NCBI GenBank assembly: GCA_000004985.1
Contig: GG738854.1
Length of the DNA: 64,000 nucleotides
Direction: 5' to 3' (one strand)
From: Naegleria gruberi
Taxonomy: Eukaryota
Shown: in pieces, positions 53,078-63,558 of the stretch
Position numbering within the stretch: the stretch's first letter is position 1
Layout of the letters: each line of letters begins with the position of its first letter
The notes under the pieces: generated by a model
Database searches by the model: none
Seen by the model: only the letters and a program-made list of their open reading frames with translations
Told to the model about the DNA's origin: nothing
Translations under genes and position numbers: made by a program

Positions 53078-53288
53078 ACCTCGGCACGATCCCTTGTAAC
53101 ATTAATGCTTCTTTGGAGGATCTTTGTTATGAACTCGTTGTACTTGAGAGATTCTCATCTCTATATGCCCATATATATATATCTTTAAGCGAAAACAAGA
53201 AATCCCAATATGTACTTTGATCTGCTGGTTACCTTAATGAAAAAAATAAGACAAGTTAATATCAAGGGTCCAAAGCCATAACGTTACC

Positions 53289-56200
53289 ATGTCTGTTGCA
53301 GAAGCTTCTAATAATGGTGCAGCTGCAACTACATTTATTGAAAGGAGTATTAATTTTAATGAATCATCAACCATACAACAATCATCATCACAACAACGAG
53401 AAAATCAACATGTGTCGGGAAGTTTTATAGGAAGCAATACGAGTAGTTCATCTAGCTCGACCAATTTTTCAGCAACAATGATGAAAAGTATTAAGGAAGC
53501 TATTGTGTCCTATATAATTTCAATGCAATACAAGCCACTGAGGCAGGGCAAAAAGTTTATGCTTCTCTCTGTTTTGTATCATTTGTATATAATGTGGATT
53601 TCCATCTTTTTACCAACACTAGGCGATTATAATTGGGGAGAATATGCAAATTGGATATTCAAGGCAGTAAATTATCCAGTAACCCTTTCACTAGATTTAA
53701 TTCCCTATGGTGGCATTGAGGCTTTGGGAGCAATTGTGTTTGCAATCAGTGCCCTATCTGTTCTTGTTGTTATAATGGCAGTTGCGAGTGTTCATAGGAC
53801 GAGTAAACACATTGAGAGGGTGAGATTAATAGTAATGGTGACTGGACTTGTTCTCTCTCTGTTGGGACCACTCTTTGCATTTATTCTGACGGGCTTTACA
53901 GATTGTGAATACAAGCAAAAGGTGTACTTTGAGAGTATAGATGATAAGGCATATGCTCTTTCTAGATATCCAGAAGCAGAGTGCTTTGGGGATAATATGT
54001 ACCTTTACATTATTTCAATTATTGCAGTATTCGGAATTTGTCTATCCATATTATGCACCTTAATTTCCTTCTCATCAAGTTGGAAGAGTGACATGGTATT
54101 CAAAACAGTTGTCCATTATCCATTATCATACTTGGTTATTAGTAATATTCTTCAAATGTTCATCATGTATTTTATTCATGATGAGTTCATGTATGGAAGA
54201 GCAATCCTTCACTTGATTATTTCAGCAAGTTGGATTCCTATACTATTCTATGAACTGCCCTTCCAATACAGATATGAAAATTCAATTTATTCTGGAGTGG
54301 GTTTTGCAAGAATAGGAGCATCAATTGGTTCTCTGATATCTTCCCTTGCCAACTCAGCTGACAATTCAGGTTTTGGTTTGGGAATGTTTGGCTTAACGTT
54401 CGCTCTTATTATCATTTCATTCATTGGTGGAGTAATAGGAATGGAATTATACATTAGATTATCTACTCACAAGATTAGAAGTTACATGTTGTCTATTGTT
54501 GAGAAAACTCTATCTGTTAGTGGATCATTGCCTTCGAAATTCAAAGAAAGAGCCAAATACATTCTGGAAAAAGAGGCCACTTCAATTTACTCCCATTTCA
54601 TTGAAACACAACAGGCAGGATATTTAAGAATATTTATTCGATTCAGCATTGATCAAAACTCTAAAAACAGCTCAGAAGCCATCCTCACAAACACTGATTT
54701 ATCTCTGTATTTCATTAAGGGTGCGTCAACTCAAAGATCATTCAACGATAGCAAAACTCTTCTCTATTCATCCATGTTAATTTATTTCAACTATGGAGAT
54801 GGTAATTTAGGATCAATGTATGCAAAAGGGTTGTTGAAAATCTTGGCAAAGCAAAAATTGAATATACCAGAAGTAATTATGTTAACAGAGTTTTCTAAGG
54901 AAATTAAGGATGAGAATAGTGTAAATTCATCTGATCTCGAACAATTATTGAATAAGGTAGAGAGTAATATAGCTGAATTGAAGTCCCTCCATAAGGCCTT
55001 CTGGAAAGAATATTTGCAAGATGTAATTGAAGTGGGAACTTTGGAATCGATTAATAACAAGTGTTCACAACTGATGAGCCAATGCGAAACTATTTTCAAT
55101 AATAGGCTTTCCAGATACAAACACAATAAGAATTTCCTCAGAGCGTATGCACAATTTTTAAACGAAATCAAATTTGACAAGGAAACTGCCTTTGAAATAT
55201 TCCAAGACGCAGCCATTGTTGACGAAGATGAGCCATCTAAAAAACGTGTTCTTGCTAAGAGTAATTTATTCACAGAATATGGTAAACAGCATTCTGAAAC
55301 CAATTTGGGGTTTTCTCTAGATGGCTTAAAGGCTAGCAACCAAAAGAGTATGGACATTGAAACAATTCATGAAGATCAAATGTTGGATGGAGTTGAGAAT
55401 GATCCACTTGCAAAACGGGAGTTCATTTTCAAAAGTGCTCTCTCCCAACCACAACAAGGAGGATATCATATGGGATCTGTTATCCTGTTCTGCTTTATAT
55501 CCTTCTCTTTTGTGCTCCTTGCCTTAGTTTTGAATGTTTATTATTCAGTGGAAGTTCTTTCAAATGTCAAGTTTGTTCAGCAAGTTTGTGAGCCAACTGT
55601 TTCTTCATATGCCATTTTGAAACAAATCAGAAATAATCAAATACTCCTTCAAGCTAAAAATCAGGGTCTAGATGTTGATGAAACAGATATTATGGGTATT
55701 CTTAAGGACGAGACAAACGAAAATATTACTTCCATACAATCTGTTTGGAAGGAGAGACTTAATTTCTATGTTGAACATATTGAACATGTTAAAAAGATGT
55801 CACAAGGTAAAATTGTTGGAAAATTCACACCTGAAATGTATGAAGATTACAATAGTGAAACAAATGAAATATTTGTTCCTGTGATTCAAACAAAGAATCA
55901 AAATTCATTCATTGAGGTCATTAAGAAGAATGTTTCACTCTCTGAAATATCATCACTCTTGATTGATATTGTTGAAAATTATCCATCAGGAGGATACAAT
56001 GAAACATTGAAAGAATATGATTTCATGTTGGTATTCTTGAATAGGGAAACTTTCACAAATGCCTTTGTGAAAACATGTTTCAGTTTCTTGGAAAGATGTG
56101 AACTTGACTCCAAAAATTTCAACAATTACTACCTATACTTTTATGTTTCTGTATTGTCATTTTACATTCTTTACACAGCCATCTATATTCTCTATGTAAG

Positions 56201-58316
56201 AATTGAATTCTCATTTATCACTAGAACCATTAGATTAATGGAACGCAGTATTTCAAAGGATATTGTAGGTAAAATCTATCAAGATTTGGCAAAGAAAGTA
56301 GAAGAAAATGCTTCTTTGGGATTTCTCAAATCAATAATCAGCCAACCAAAAGTGTTTTCTGTTTTTTGTATTGCTTGTTTGGCTTTTCTTACAATACTTG
56401 CATCTTCAATGATGTTCGTAGAGTTGAGAATTAATTCTGATCTAGGATATTCAACAATGTTGAGTGTGCATAAGACCGCCGAAAATCTTGTTTTGGTTCA
56501 GTCAATTGGATACAAACTAAATGAGATTTTCTTTTCCACTCTATCACCCTCTTTATATAATGACCCTATCTTAATCAATGGAACCCTCTTAGATTATTAC
56601 AGGGTGGAGGTGAGATACAATGTAACAGATTTGAGAAGAAGTTTTAACGAATTGATTTATGGTAAGCTTGGAGGAAATTCAGCAATTTTAGGAATGATAC
56701 CAAGAATTGATCAGATTATTACAGGAACTGATTGTTCTTCTGGCAATTGTACAAGTTTGGAAAACTCTTTGGACGAATTTACAATTGGATCTAGCAAGTT
56801 CAACGAAGATTTGCTTAAAGGAACTTTTACAGAGGAAGAGTTGGTTTTAAAGAATGCTGTTGTGGATGAATTGAGCCACCACCTAAGTGTAGACTTTCTT
56901 GAATTTTTGGCCTTGTTTACCATTGCAAGATCAATACCTTCTACTGCTATTGCACTAATTTTCAGTATTCTTGGATTTCTCACAATAGTTATTTTCTATT
57001 GGTTACTGGTTCGAGTGTTTCAAATTCATTGGAATGATGTATTCCATTTAAGAAGCATGTTGAACTATGTAGATTATGACTACTTGGATTCTTATGACTC
57101 TTTAAGAAACTTTATTCTATACCATCAACTGCCTTCTAGAAACCTGTTCAAAAAGAAGAATAAGATTGCCTCAGCAGAGGGTGACGAATCGAAGGTGAAG
57201 AATATTCTCAATGCAGCAGTTGACGGAGCTATTCTTTGTAATAGTACATGTGATATTGAAATATTCAATCCAGCAGCTCAAAGAATGTTTGGATGCAAAC
57301 AATCAGATACTTTGGGAACTCCAATTTTCACTCTCTTTGATAAAGAATCGAGGACAGAGTTGGAGAGAGTCATTTCTGAATTGATTAAGAATGCCAAATC
57401 GACAACATCTTCTGAAAGTCTTGGTGAAACTGTTGAATTGGATTGTGTGAGAAAGAACTTGACAAAATTCCCTGCGAAAATCAATTTGTTCTCAACACTG
57501 TTTGATGGAAAACCAGTTGTGACATGTTTCATTAAGGATGCAACTTCTGAAAAGAAACAAAATGCATTGTTGGCTGAAGAAAAGAAAAAATCTGAAAATC
57601 TATTGAGATCTATTTTGCCAGAAAGTGTTGCCAATAGATTGAAATCTGGTGAAACATTCATTGCTGAGAAATTTGCAGATATTACTTGTTTCTTTTCTGA
57701 CATGGTTGGATTCACTCAAATGTCTTCAACTCTCAATCCAACTCAATTGGTTGGAATGTTAAATAATATTGTGAATGGATTTGATGCCTTAACAGACAAA
57801 TATAGTTTGGAAAAGATCAAGACAATTGGAGATGCCTATTTCTGTGTTGGAGGAATTGGAAATACACAATCTGATCACCCAGAAAGAATACTTCGTTTCT
57901 CAATGGACATATTCTTAGTAGTACGTAACTATAACGAGGAGAATGGGAAAGAATTTGGACATCAAATCAATATTCGAGTTGGAGTGAATACAGGAAGTGC
58001 AGTTGCAGGTGTGATTGGTACAAAGAAATTTGCCTATGATTTGTGGGGTGATACCATCAACACTGCTTCTCGAATGGAATCAACATCAATTGCTGGAAGA
58101 ATTCAAATTTCCAGATCAACTTATGAAAGAGTTTATGATATGGGTCTTGAATTTGAAGAAAGAAGTGTTGAAGCAAAAGGAAAGGGTTTGTGTCTCACTT
58201 ATTTAGTCAAATCTCATCACCATGCACAGGCCATAGTTTCTGATAACGAAATCATTGATTCTGACCTCGAGGTTTCCCTAACTACAAAACCAGAGGATGC
58301 AAAGGCAGAGATATAA
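53289..58316 (+). CDS. Polytopic membrane protein with PAS domain and class III adenylyl cyclase catalytic domain, paralog 1
   Basis: Single 1675-aa ORF from ATG to TAA. The N-terminal cluster has about ten transmembrane segments, and there are more downstream (about aa 745, 950, 1020 and 1220). A PAS-like fold is present (NILNAAVDGAILCNSTCDIEIFNPAAQRMFGC...PVVTCFIKDATSEKK). The cyclase core has FADITCFFSDMVGFT, KIKTIGDAYFCVGG, RVGVNTGSAVAGVIG and FAYDLWGDTINTASRMES. The metal-binding Asp residues, the transition-state Asn/Arg and the Lys...Asp specificity pair are all present, indicating ATP specificity. Confidence 0.85.
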   Translation: MSVAEASNNGAAATTFIERSINFNESSTIQQSSSQQRENQHVSGSFIGSNTSSSSSSTNFSATMMKSIKEAIVSYIISMQYKPLRQGKKFMLLSVLYHLYIMWISIFLPTLGDYNWGEYANWIFKAVNYPVTLSLDLIPYGGIEALGAIVFAISALSVLVVIMAVASVHRTSKHIERVRLIVMVTGLVLSLLGPLFAFILTGFTDCEYKQKVYFESIDDKAYALSRYPEAECFGDNMYLYIISIIAVFGICLSILCTLISFSSSWKSDMVFKTVVHYPLSYLVISNILQMFIMYFIHDEFMYGRAILHLIISASWIPILFYELPFQYRYENSIYSGVGFARIGASIGSLISSLANSADNSGFGLGMFGLTFALIIISFIGGVIGMELYIRLSTHKIRSYMLSIVEKTLSVSGSLPSKFKERAKYILEKEATSIYSHFIETQQAGYLRIFIRFSIDQNSKNSSEAILTNTDLSLYFIKGASTQRSFNDSKTLLYSSMLIYFNYGDGNLGSMYAKGLLKILAKQKLNIPEVIMLTEFSKEIKDENSVNSSDLEQLLNKVESNIAELKSLHKAFWKEYLQDVIEVGTLESINNKCSQLMSQCETIFNNRLSRYKHNKNFLRAYAQFLNEIKFDKETAFEIFQDAAIVDEDEPSKKRVLAKSNLFTEYGKQHSETNLGFSLDGLKASNQKSMDIETIHEDQMLDGVENDPLAKREFIFKSALSQPQQGGYHMGSVILFCFISFSFVLLALVLNVYYSVEVLSNVKFVQQVCEPTVSSYAILKQIRNNQILLQAKNQGLDVDETDIMGILKDETNENITSIQSVWKERLNFYVEHIEHVKKMSQGKIVGKFTPEMYEDYNSETNEIFVPVIQTKNQNSFIEVIKKNVSLSEISSLLIDIVENYPSGGYNETLKEYDFMLVFLNRETFTNAFVKTCFSFLERCELDSKNFNNYYLYFYVSVLSFYILYTAIYILYVRIEFSFITRTIRLMERSISKDIVGKIYQDLAKKVEENASLGFLKSIISQPKVFSVFCIACLAFLTILASSMMFVELRINSDLGYSTMLSVHKTAENLVLVQSIGYKLNEIFFSTLSPSLYNDPILINGTLLDYYRVEVRYNVTDLRRSFNELIYGKLGGNSAILGMIPRIDQIITGTDCSSGNCTSLENSLDEFTIGSSKFNEDLLKGTFTEEELVLKNAVVDELSHHLSVDFLEFLALFTIARSIPSTAIALIFSILGFLTIVIFYWLLVRVFQIHWNDVFHLRSMLNYVDYDYLDSYDSLRNFILYHQLPSRNLFKKKNKIASAEGDESKVKNILNAAVDGAILCNSTCDIEIFNPAAQRMFGCKQSDTLGTPIFTLFDKESRTELERVISELIKNAKSTTSSESLGETVELDCVRKNLTKFPAKINLFSTLFDGKPVVTCFIKDATSEKKQNALLAEEKKKSENLLRSILPESVANRLKSGETFIAEKFADITCFFSDMVGFTQMSSTLNPTQLVGMLNNIVNGFDALTDKYSLEKIKTIGDAYFCVGGIGNTQSDHPERILRFSMDIFLVVRNYNEENGKEFGHQINIRVGVNTGSAVAGVIGTKKFAYDLWGDTINTASRMESTSIAGRIQISRSTYERVYDMGLEFEERSVEAKGKGLCLTYLVKSHHHAQAIVSDNEIIDSDLEVSLTTKPEDAKAEI

Positions 58317-58515
58317 TGAATCCATTTTGGTAATATAGAATCATTTTATTTGCCAATATATTTTCCTTTTTTGTCACTTAACGATTCTGACAACCAATGA
58401 TGGCGATGTTAGTGAGTTACAGAAATGGCGGGTAAAACATGAAATCTCAATTCTTATTAAAAAAAACATCATTAACCCTTCTTGAATACAAAAAGATATT
58501 GGTTTGCTTTTTAAA

Positions 58516-61500
58516 ATGTCCGGGAGTGATGAGTTGGAGGCCTCTGCTATAGAAGACGACCAAAGATCTAATTATTTCGAATCGAGGACTCATATGAAAG
58601 GAAATGGAGAAGGCTCAAGTATTGTTGGAAGTGCACTAAGTGTTCAATCGAATAATAGTACAATAGCCTCGACAACTATGAGAACAGTGCAAACTGGAAT
58701 ATTGACTTTTATTTTGGCTCTACAGGATAAATCATACAAGAAATCAAAGAGGTTTATTTTTATTTCAATACTGTATCATTTGTATATCATTTGGACTTCA
58801 ATCTTCTTACCAACACTAGGCGAATACAATTGGGGAGAGTATGGAAGTTGGATTTTCAAAGCACTTAATTATCCAATCACATTTTCATTAGATTTGGTGC
58901 CCTATGAAGAGAGTGCTGCAATTGCAGGTGTCATTATGGCTGTCATCTTGTTGGGTTTGTTTTTTGTGTCATTTTCTGCTTGGACTGTTTATAGAAATAG
59001 CAAGTTGGTTGAAAAGATGAAAGTGGTAATGGCTGTGTCGAGTTTGGTGTTTTCAGTGCTGAGCAAACCATTTGCTTTTGTTTTGGCTGGTTTTATTGAT
59101 TGTGACTTTTCAAAGACAGTTTACTTTGAAGATATTGATGATAATACTAATGCACTTTCTCGATTCCAAACAGTTGCTTGTTTTGGAGGTAACACGTACT
59201 TGTATGCACTTTCGATTATTTCAATGCTTGCATTTTCTCTAGTGATACTTTCAACTCATTTTGCCTATTCTCCTAGTTGGAGGAGTAAGGTTGTGTTTCA
59301 TACAGTTGTTGGTTGGCCCATTACCTATTTGGTTATTTCAAACATGCTTGAGATTTATCTAATATTCTTTATTCCAAAATCTGAAATTTGGGCAAGAGCT
59401 ACTTTACATTTGGTAGCAGCCCTGACATTTGTTCCAATGATTCTAATTACACTTCCCTTTCAGAGACGTATTGAAAATTCCTTCTATCTTGCTGTAGCTT
59501 TTGCAAAGGTTGGATCTTCAATTGGTTCACTCATTTCTTCCTTGGTCAATTCTAATAATAAGTGGGATTTAGGTCTTGGAATGTCAGGTTTAACAATTGG
59601 TCTCATTATTTTAGGTTTCTGTGTTGGATTCATTGTGATGGAGTTGTATATACTAAGAACAATGGCTTTCATTAGACACAAGATGATTAAGGCCATCGAG
59701 AGAGGAGTTTCCATTTCAGATACTGCTCAAACTCAACTTTCAGAGTCTGCAAAAATGGGCCTTGAAAGAGAAGCTACAAATATCTATTCCTCACTTCATG
59801 AATCACAAAGTTTGAACAAGCTCAAAATATTTATTAGGTTTAACATAATCCGAAGAAGCAAGCAAACAAAGGCAATACTAGACGATACGGATATGTGTCT
59901 CGCATTTATTAAGGGTGTTTCTCATCAGAAAACATTCAATGATCCTTCTCTAATATTGTTCTCCAGTTTACTTATCTATGTCAACCATCCAGATGAATCG
60001 AATAGCTCAATTTTTGCCAATAGTTTGTTGAAAAAAACTACGCGAGTCAAGTTATCATTCTTTGAGAAAGTTACCCTTGGTGAGGTTACCAAAGAATTGA
60101 ACATCTCTAAAAATGGTAAAGTTGCAAGAAACACAACAGACTTGGAATCATTGCTAGTTAGAGTTGATTCAAATTTTTCGCAACTCAAATCTCTTCACAA
60201 ATCCTTCTGGAAAGAATTTTTACAAGATGTTGTTGACACTACTAACTTGGAAGTTATCAATAGTAAATGTGCTCAATTGATGGCTGACTCTGAAAATATT
60301 TTCCACAATAGAATTTCAAGATATAAGAATAACAAAACCTTCTTGAGATCATATGCTCGCTTTCTAGATGAAATCAAGTTTGACAAGGATCAAGCTGCTG
60401 AACTCTTCCAAGAAGCAGCAACTATGGAAGAGGAAGAGCTTGCCACAAAGAGAAGGAGGCAGAGAAAGTTTAGTCGTGTTGTGCCCTATGATGGACCTGT
60501 AGTAAGCGTTGAACCTCCTGCATTCTCTCTCGATGGGTTGAGAAAGGGAACAAATGAACCAATTACAAACCTAATGGATGATGATTTTGATGATCATATG
60601 TTGGATGGTGTTGAGAATGAACCTGCAACTAAGAGAGAGTATGTTTTCAAAGCGGCTCTAGCACAAAAGACCAACGGAGAGTTGCACGTGGCCTCTGTAG
60701 TAATGTTCTGCCTTCTTTCATTTGCAATAATACTTGTTTCCCTTGTGTTGAATGTGTATTATTCAGAGGAAGTTCTTTCAAATGTCAAGTTTGTCCAACA
60801 AGTTTGTGAACCAACTGTTTCTTCATATGCAATCTTGAAACAAATCAGAAATAATCAAATACTAATCCAAGCAAAGAATCAGGGTATTGGTGTTCAGGAA
60901 GCTGAACTAATTGACGTCTTGGAAATAGAAACAGATAGCAACATTACTGTAACAAGTTTAAATGAGATTTGGAAGGAGAGACTTAATTTCTATGTTGAAC
61001 ATATTGAACATGTTAAAAAGATGTCACAAGGTAAAATTGTTGGAAAATTCACACCTGAAATGTATGAAGATTACAATAGTGAAACAAATGAAGTATTTGT
61101 TCCTGTGATTCAAACAAAGAATCAAAATTCATTCATTGAGGTCATTAAGAAGAATGTTTCACTCTCTGAAATTTCATCACTCTTGATTGATATTGTTGAA
61201 AATTATCCATCAGGAGGATACAATGAAACATTGAAAGAATATGATTTCATGTTGGTATTCTTGAACAGGGAAACTTTCACAAATGCCTTTGTGAAAACAT
61301 GTTTCAGTTTCTTGGAAAGATGTGAACTTGACTCTGTGCAATTTGATAACACTTTCCTCTATTTCTTTGTTGGTTCTGCCTGTTTTTATATTCTGTCCTC
61401 CCTAATTTACATTATTTACATCAGGATTCAATTCACTCTAGTTGCCAACACACTGGCATTATACGAAAGACATTTAACAAAAGACTTGGTTGGTAAGATC

Positions 61501-63558
61501 TACCAAGAATTAGGAAAGAATGTTGATGAGAATTCTACCACTAGCTTCCTTAAATCTTTCATTACCAAACCAAAGGTATTTTCTTTTGTTTGTATCCTTT
61601 CTTTGGCTTTTCTTACAATTCTTGCATCATCAATGATGTTTTTGGAGTTGAGATTGAACTCTGACTTGGGATTTTCAACCATGTTGAGTGTGCGCAAGAC
61701 TGCAGAATCATTAGTGTTGGCCCAATCAATTGGGCACAAGTTGAATGAGCAGTTCATATCAACACTTTCTTCATCTATTTACAATGATCCCTTGCTTGTA
61801 AACAACTCAACAATGAATCTATTCAGATATGAAGTGAGATATAATGTTACTGATTTTAGAAGAACATATAATGAGCTGATTTACGGAAAAATAGGAGTTT
61901 CACCAACCATTCTTGGCGCCATTCCAAAGATTGATGAAATTATTACAGGAACAGACTGTACTGCTGGAAACTGCACAAGTTTGGAAAACACAGTCGATGA
62001 GTTCACTATTAAATCAAGCAAGTACAATGAGGATTTGATGAAAGGTGTTTTCTCTCCAGAGGAGCTAATTTTGAAAAACACAGTAGTTGATGGTTTGGTA
62101 CATCATTTGTGTGTTGATTTGTTAGAGTTTTTGGCCTTGTTTACCATTGCTAGATCAACACCATCAACAATTATTGCACTTCTATTCGGTATATTTGGAT
62201 TTTCTGCCGTAGTGTTATTTTTTGGCTTGTTGAACAAGGTGTTCCACAATCATTGGAATGATATTTTCCATTTAAGAAACATGTTGAATTATGTTGGATA
62301 TGATCACTTGGATTCCAGTGATCCTTTGAGAAACTATGCTTTGTACAATCAGTTACCAGGTAAGAATATATTCAAAAAGAAGAATAAGATTGCCTCAGCA
62401 GAGGGTGATGAATCCAAAGTAAGAAATATTCTCAATGCAGCAGTTGATGGAGCAGTGTTGTGTAACAGTGCATGCGATATTGAAATATTCAATCCAGCAG
62501 CTCAAAGAATGTTTGGATGCAAACAATCAGATACTTTGGGAACTCCAATTTTCACTCTCTTTGATAAAGAATCGAGGACAGAGTTGGAGAGAGTCATTTC
62601 TGACTTGATTAAGAATGCCAAATCGACAACATCTTCTGAAAGTCTTGGTGAAACTGTTGAATTGGATTGTGTGAGAAAGAACTTGACAAAATTCCCTGCA
62701 AAAATCAATTTGTTTTCAACACTGTTTGATGGAAAACCAGTTGTGACATGTTTCATTAAGGATGCAACTTCTGAAAAGAAACAAAATGCATTGTTGGCTG
62801 AAGAAAAGAAAAAGTCTGAAAATCTATTGAGATCTATTTTGCCAGAAAGTGTTGCCAACAGATTGAAATCTGGTGAAACATTCATTGCTGAGAAATTTGC
62901 AGATATTACCTGTTTCTTTTCTGACATGGTTGGATTCACTCAAATGTCTTCAACCCTCAATCCAACTCAATTGGTTGGAATGTTAAATAATATTGTGAAT
63001 GGATTTGATGCCTTAACAGACAAATATAGTTTGGAAAAGATCAAGACAATTGGAGATGCCTATTTTTGTGTTGGAGGAATTGGAAATACACAATCTGATC
63101 ACCCAGAAAGAATGCTTCGTTTCTCAATGGATATTTTCCAAATATTGAGAACCTACAATGAACAGAATAGAAAGGAATTTGGACATCAAATCAATATTCG
63201 AGTTGGAGTGAATACAGGAAGTGCAGTTGCAGGTGTGATTGGTACAAAGAAATTTGCCTATGATTTGTGGGGTGATACCATCAACACTGCTTCTCGAATG
63301 GAATCGACATCAATTGCTGGAAGAATTCAAATTTCCAGATCAACTTATGAAAGAGTTTATGATATGGGTCTTGAATTTGAAGAAAGAAGTGTTGAAGCAA
63401 AAGGAAAGGGTTTGTGTCTCACTTATTTAGTCAAATCTCATCACCATGCTCAAGCAATCATTACGGATGATGTTGTTGATTTTGTTCCAGAAGAAGAAAA
63501 GGATGAGCAAGACTTGGAAGTAAGCTATCCTGTTAGGTCCAGTAAAGATGAAGAATAA
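58516..63558 (+). CDS. Polytopic membrane protein with PAS domain and class III adenylyl cyclase catalytic domain, paralog 2 (tandem duplicate)
   Basis: The ATG at 58516 (MSGSDELEAS...) opens a 1667-aa protein in the frame of ORF 58504..63558 (1684 aa as tracked from TTG 58504). The stop is TAA. The architecture is co-linear with paralog 1. The N-terminal membrane domain is about 60 to 70% identical to paralog 1 at the protein level. The 3' half contains long stretches about 99% identical at the nucleotide level. The cyclase core is identical except for one patch (ILRFSMDIFLVVRNYNEENGKEF versus MLRFSMDIFQILRTYNEQNRKEF). Confidence 0.85.
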   Translation: MSGSDELEASAIEDDQRSNYFESRTHMKGNGEGSSIVGSALSVQSNNSTIASTTMRTVQTGILTFILALQDKSYKKSKRFIFISILYHLYIIWTSIFLPTLGEYNWGEYGSWIFKALNYPITFSLDLVPYEESAAIAGVIMAVILLGLFFVSFSAWTVYRNSKLVEKMKVVMAVSSLVFSVLSKPFAFVLAGFIDCDFSKTVYFEDIDDNTNALSRFQTVACFGGNTYLYALSIISMLAFSLVILSTHFAYSPSWRSKVVFHTVVGWPITYLVISNMLEIYLIFFIPKSEIWARATLHLVAALTFVPMILITLPFQRRIENSFYLAVAFAKVGSSIGSLISSLVNSNNKWDLGLGMSGLTIGLIILGFCVGFIVMELYILRTMAFIRHKMIKAIERGVSISDTAQTQLSESAKMGLEREATNIYSSLHESQSLNKLKIFIRFNIIRRSKQTKAILDDTDMCLAFIKGVSHQKTFNDPSLILFSSLLIYVNHPDESNSSIFANSLLKKTTRVKLSFFEKVTLGEVTKELNISKNGKVARNTTDLESLLVRVDSNFSQLKSLHKSFWKEFLQDVVDTTNLEVINSKCAQLMADSENIFHNRISRYKNNKTFLRSYARFLDEIKFDKDQAAELFQEAATMEEEELATKRRRQRKFSRVVPYDGPVVSVEPPAFSLDGLRKGTNEPITNLMDDDFDDHMLDGVENEPATKREYVFKAALAQKTNGELHVASVVMFCLLSFAIILVSLVLNVYYSEEVLSNVKFVQQVCEPTVSSYAILKQIRNNQILIQAKNQGIGVQEAELIDVLEIETDSNITVTSLNEIWKERLNFYVEHIEHVKKMSQGKIVGKFTPEMYEDYNSETNEVFVPVIQTKNQNSFIEVIKKNVSLSEISSLLIDIVENYPSGGYNETLKEYDFMLVFLNRETFTNAFVKTCFSFLERCELDSVQFDNTFLYFFVGSACFYILSSLIYIIYIRIQFTLVANTLALYERHLTKDLVGKIYQELGKNVDENSTTSFLKSFITKPKVFSFVCILSLAFLTILASSMMFLELRLNSDLGFSTMLSVRKTAESLVLAQSIGHKLNEQFISTLSSSIYNDPLLVNNSTMNLFRYEVRYNVTDFRRTYNELIYGKIGVSPTILGAIPKIDEIITGTDCTAGNCTSLENTVDEFTIKSSKYNEDLMKGVFSPEELILKNTVVDGLVHHLCVDLLEFLALFTIARSTPSTIIALLFGIFGFSAVVLFFGLLNKVFHNHWNDIFHLRNMLNYVGYDHLDSSDPLRNYALYNQLPGKNIFKKKNKIASAEGDESKVRNILNAAVDGAVLCNSACDIEIFNPAAQRMFGCKQSDTLGTPIFTLFDKESRTELERVISDLIKNAKSTTSSESLGETVELDCVRKNLTKFPAKINLFSTLFDGKPVVTCFIKDATSEKKQNALLAEEKKKSENLLRSILPESVANRLKSGETFIAEKFADITCFFSDMVGFTQMSSTLNPTQLVGMLNNIVNGFDALTDKYSLEKIKTIGDAYFCVGGIGNTQSDHPERMLRFSMDIFQILRTYNEQNRKEFGHQINIRVGVNTGSAVAGVIGTKKFAYDLWGDTINTASRMESTSIAGRIQISRSTYERVYDMGLEFEERSVEAKGKGLCLTYLVKSHHHAQAIITDDVVDFVPEEEKDEQDLEVSYPVRSSKDEE

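Noticed and set aside
57278-57715. 145-aa minus-strand ORF, with a near-identical twin at 62502..62939
   Set aside because: Both lie antisense within the roughly 99% identical gene-conversion block of the two cyclase genes. Their identity is a by-product of the sense-strand duplication. They have no start context and their composition is antisense-like.
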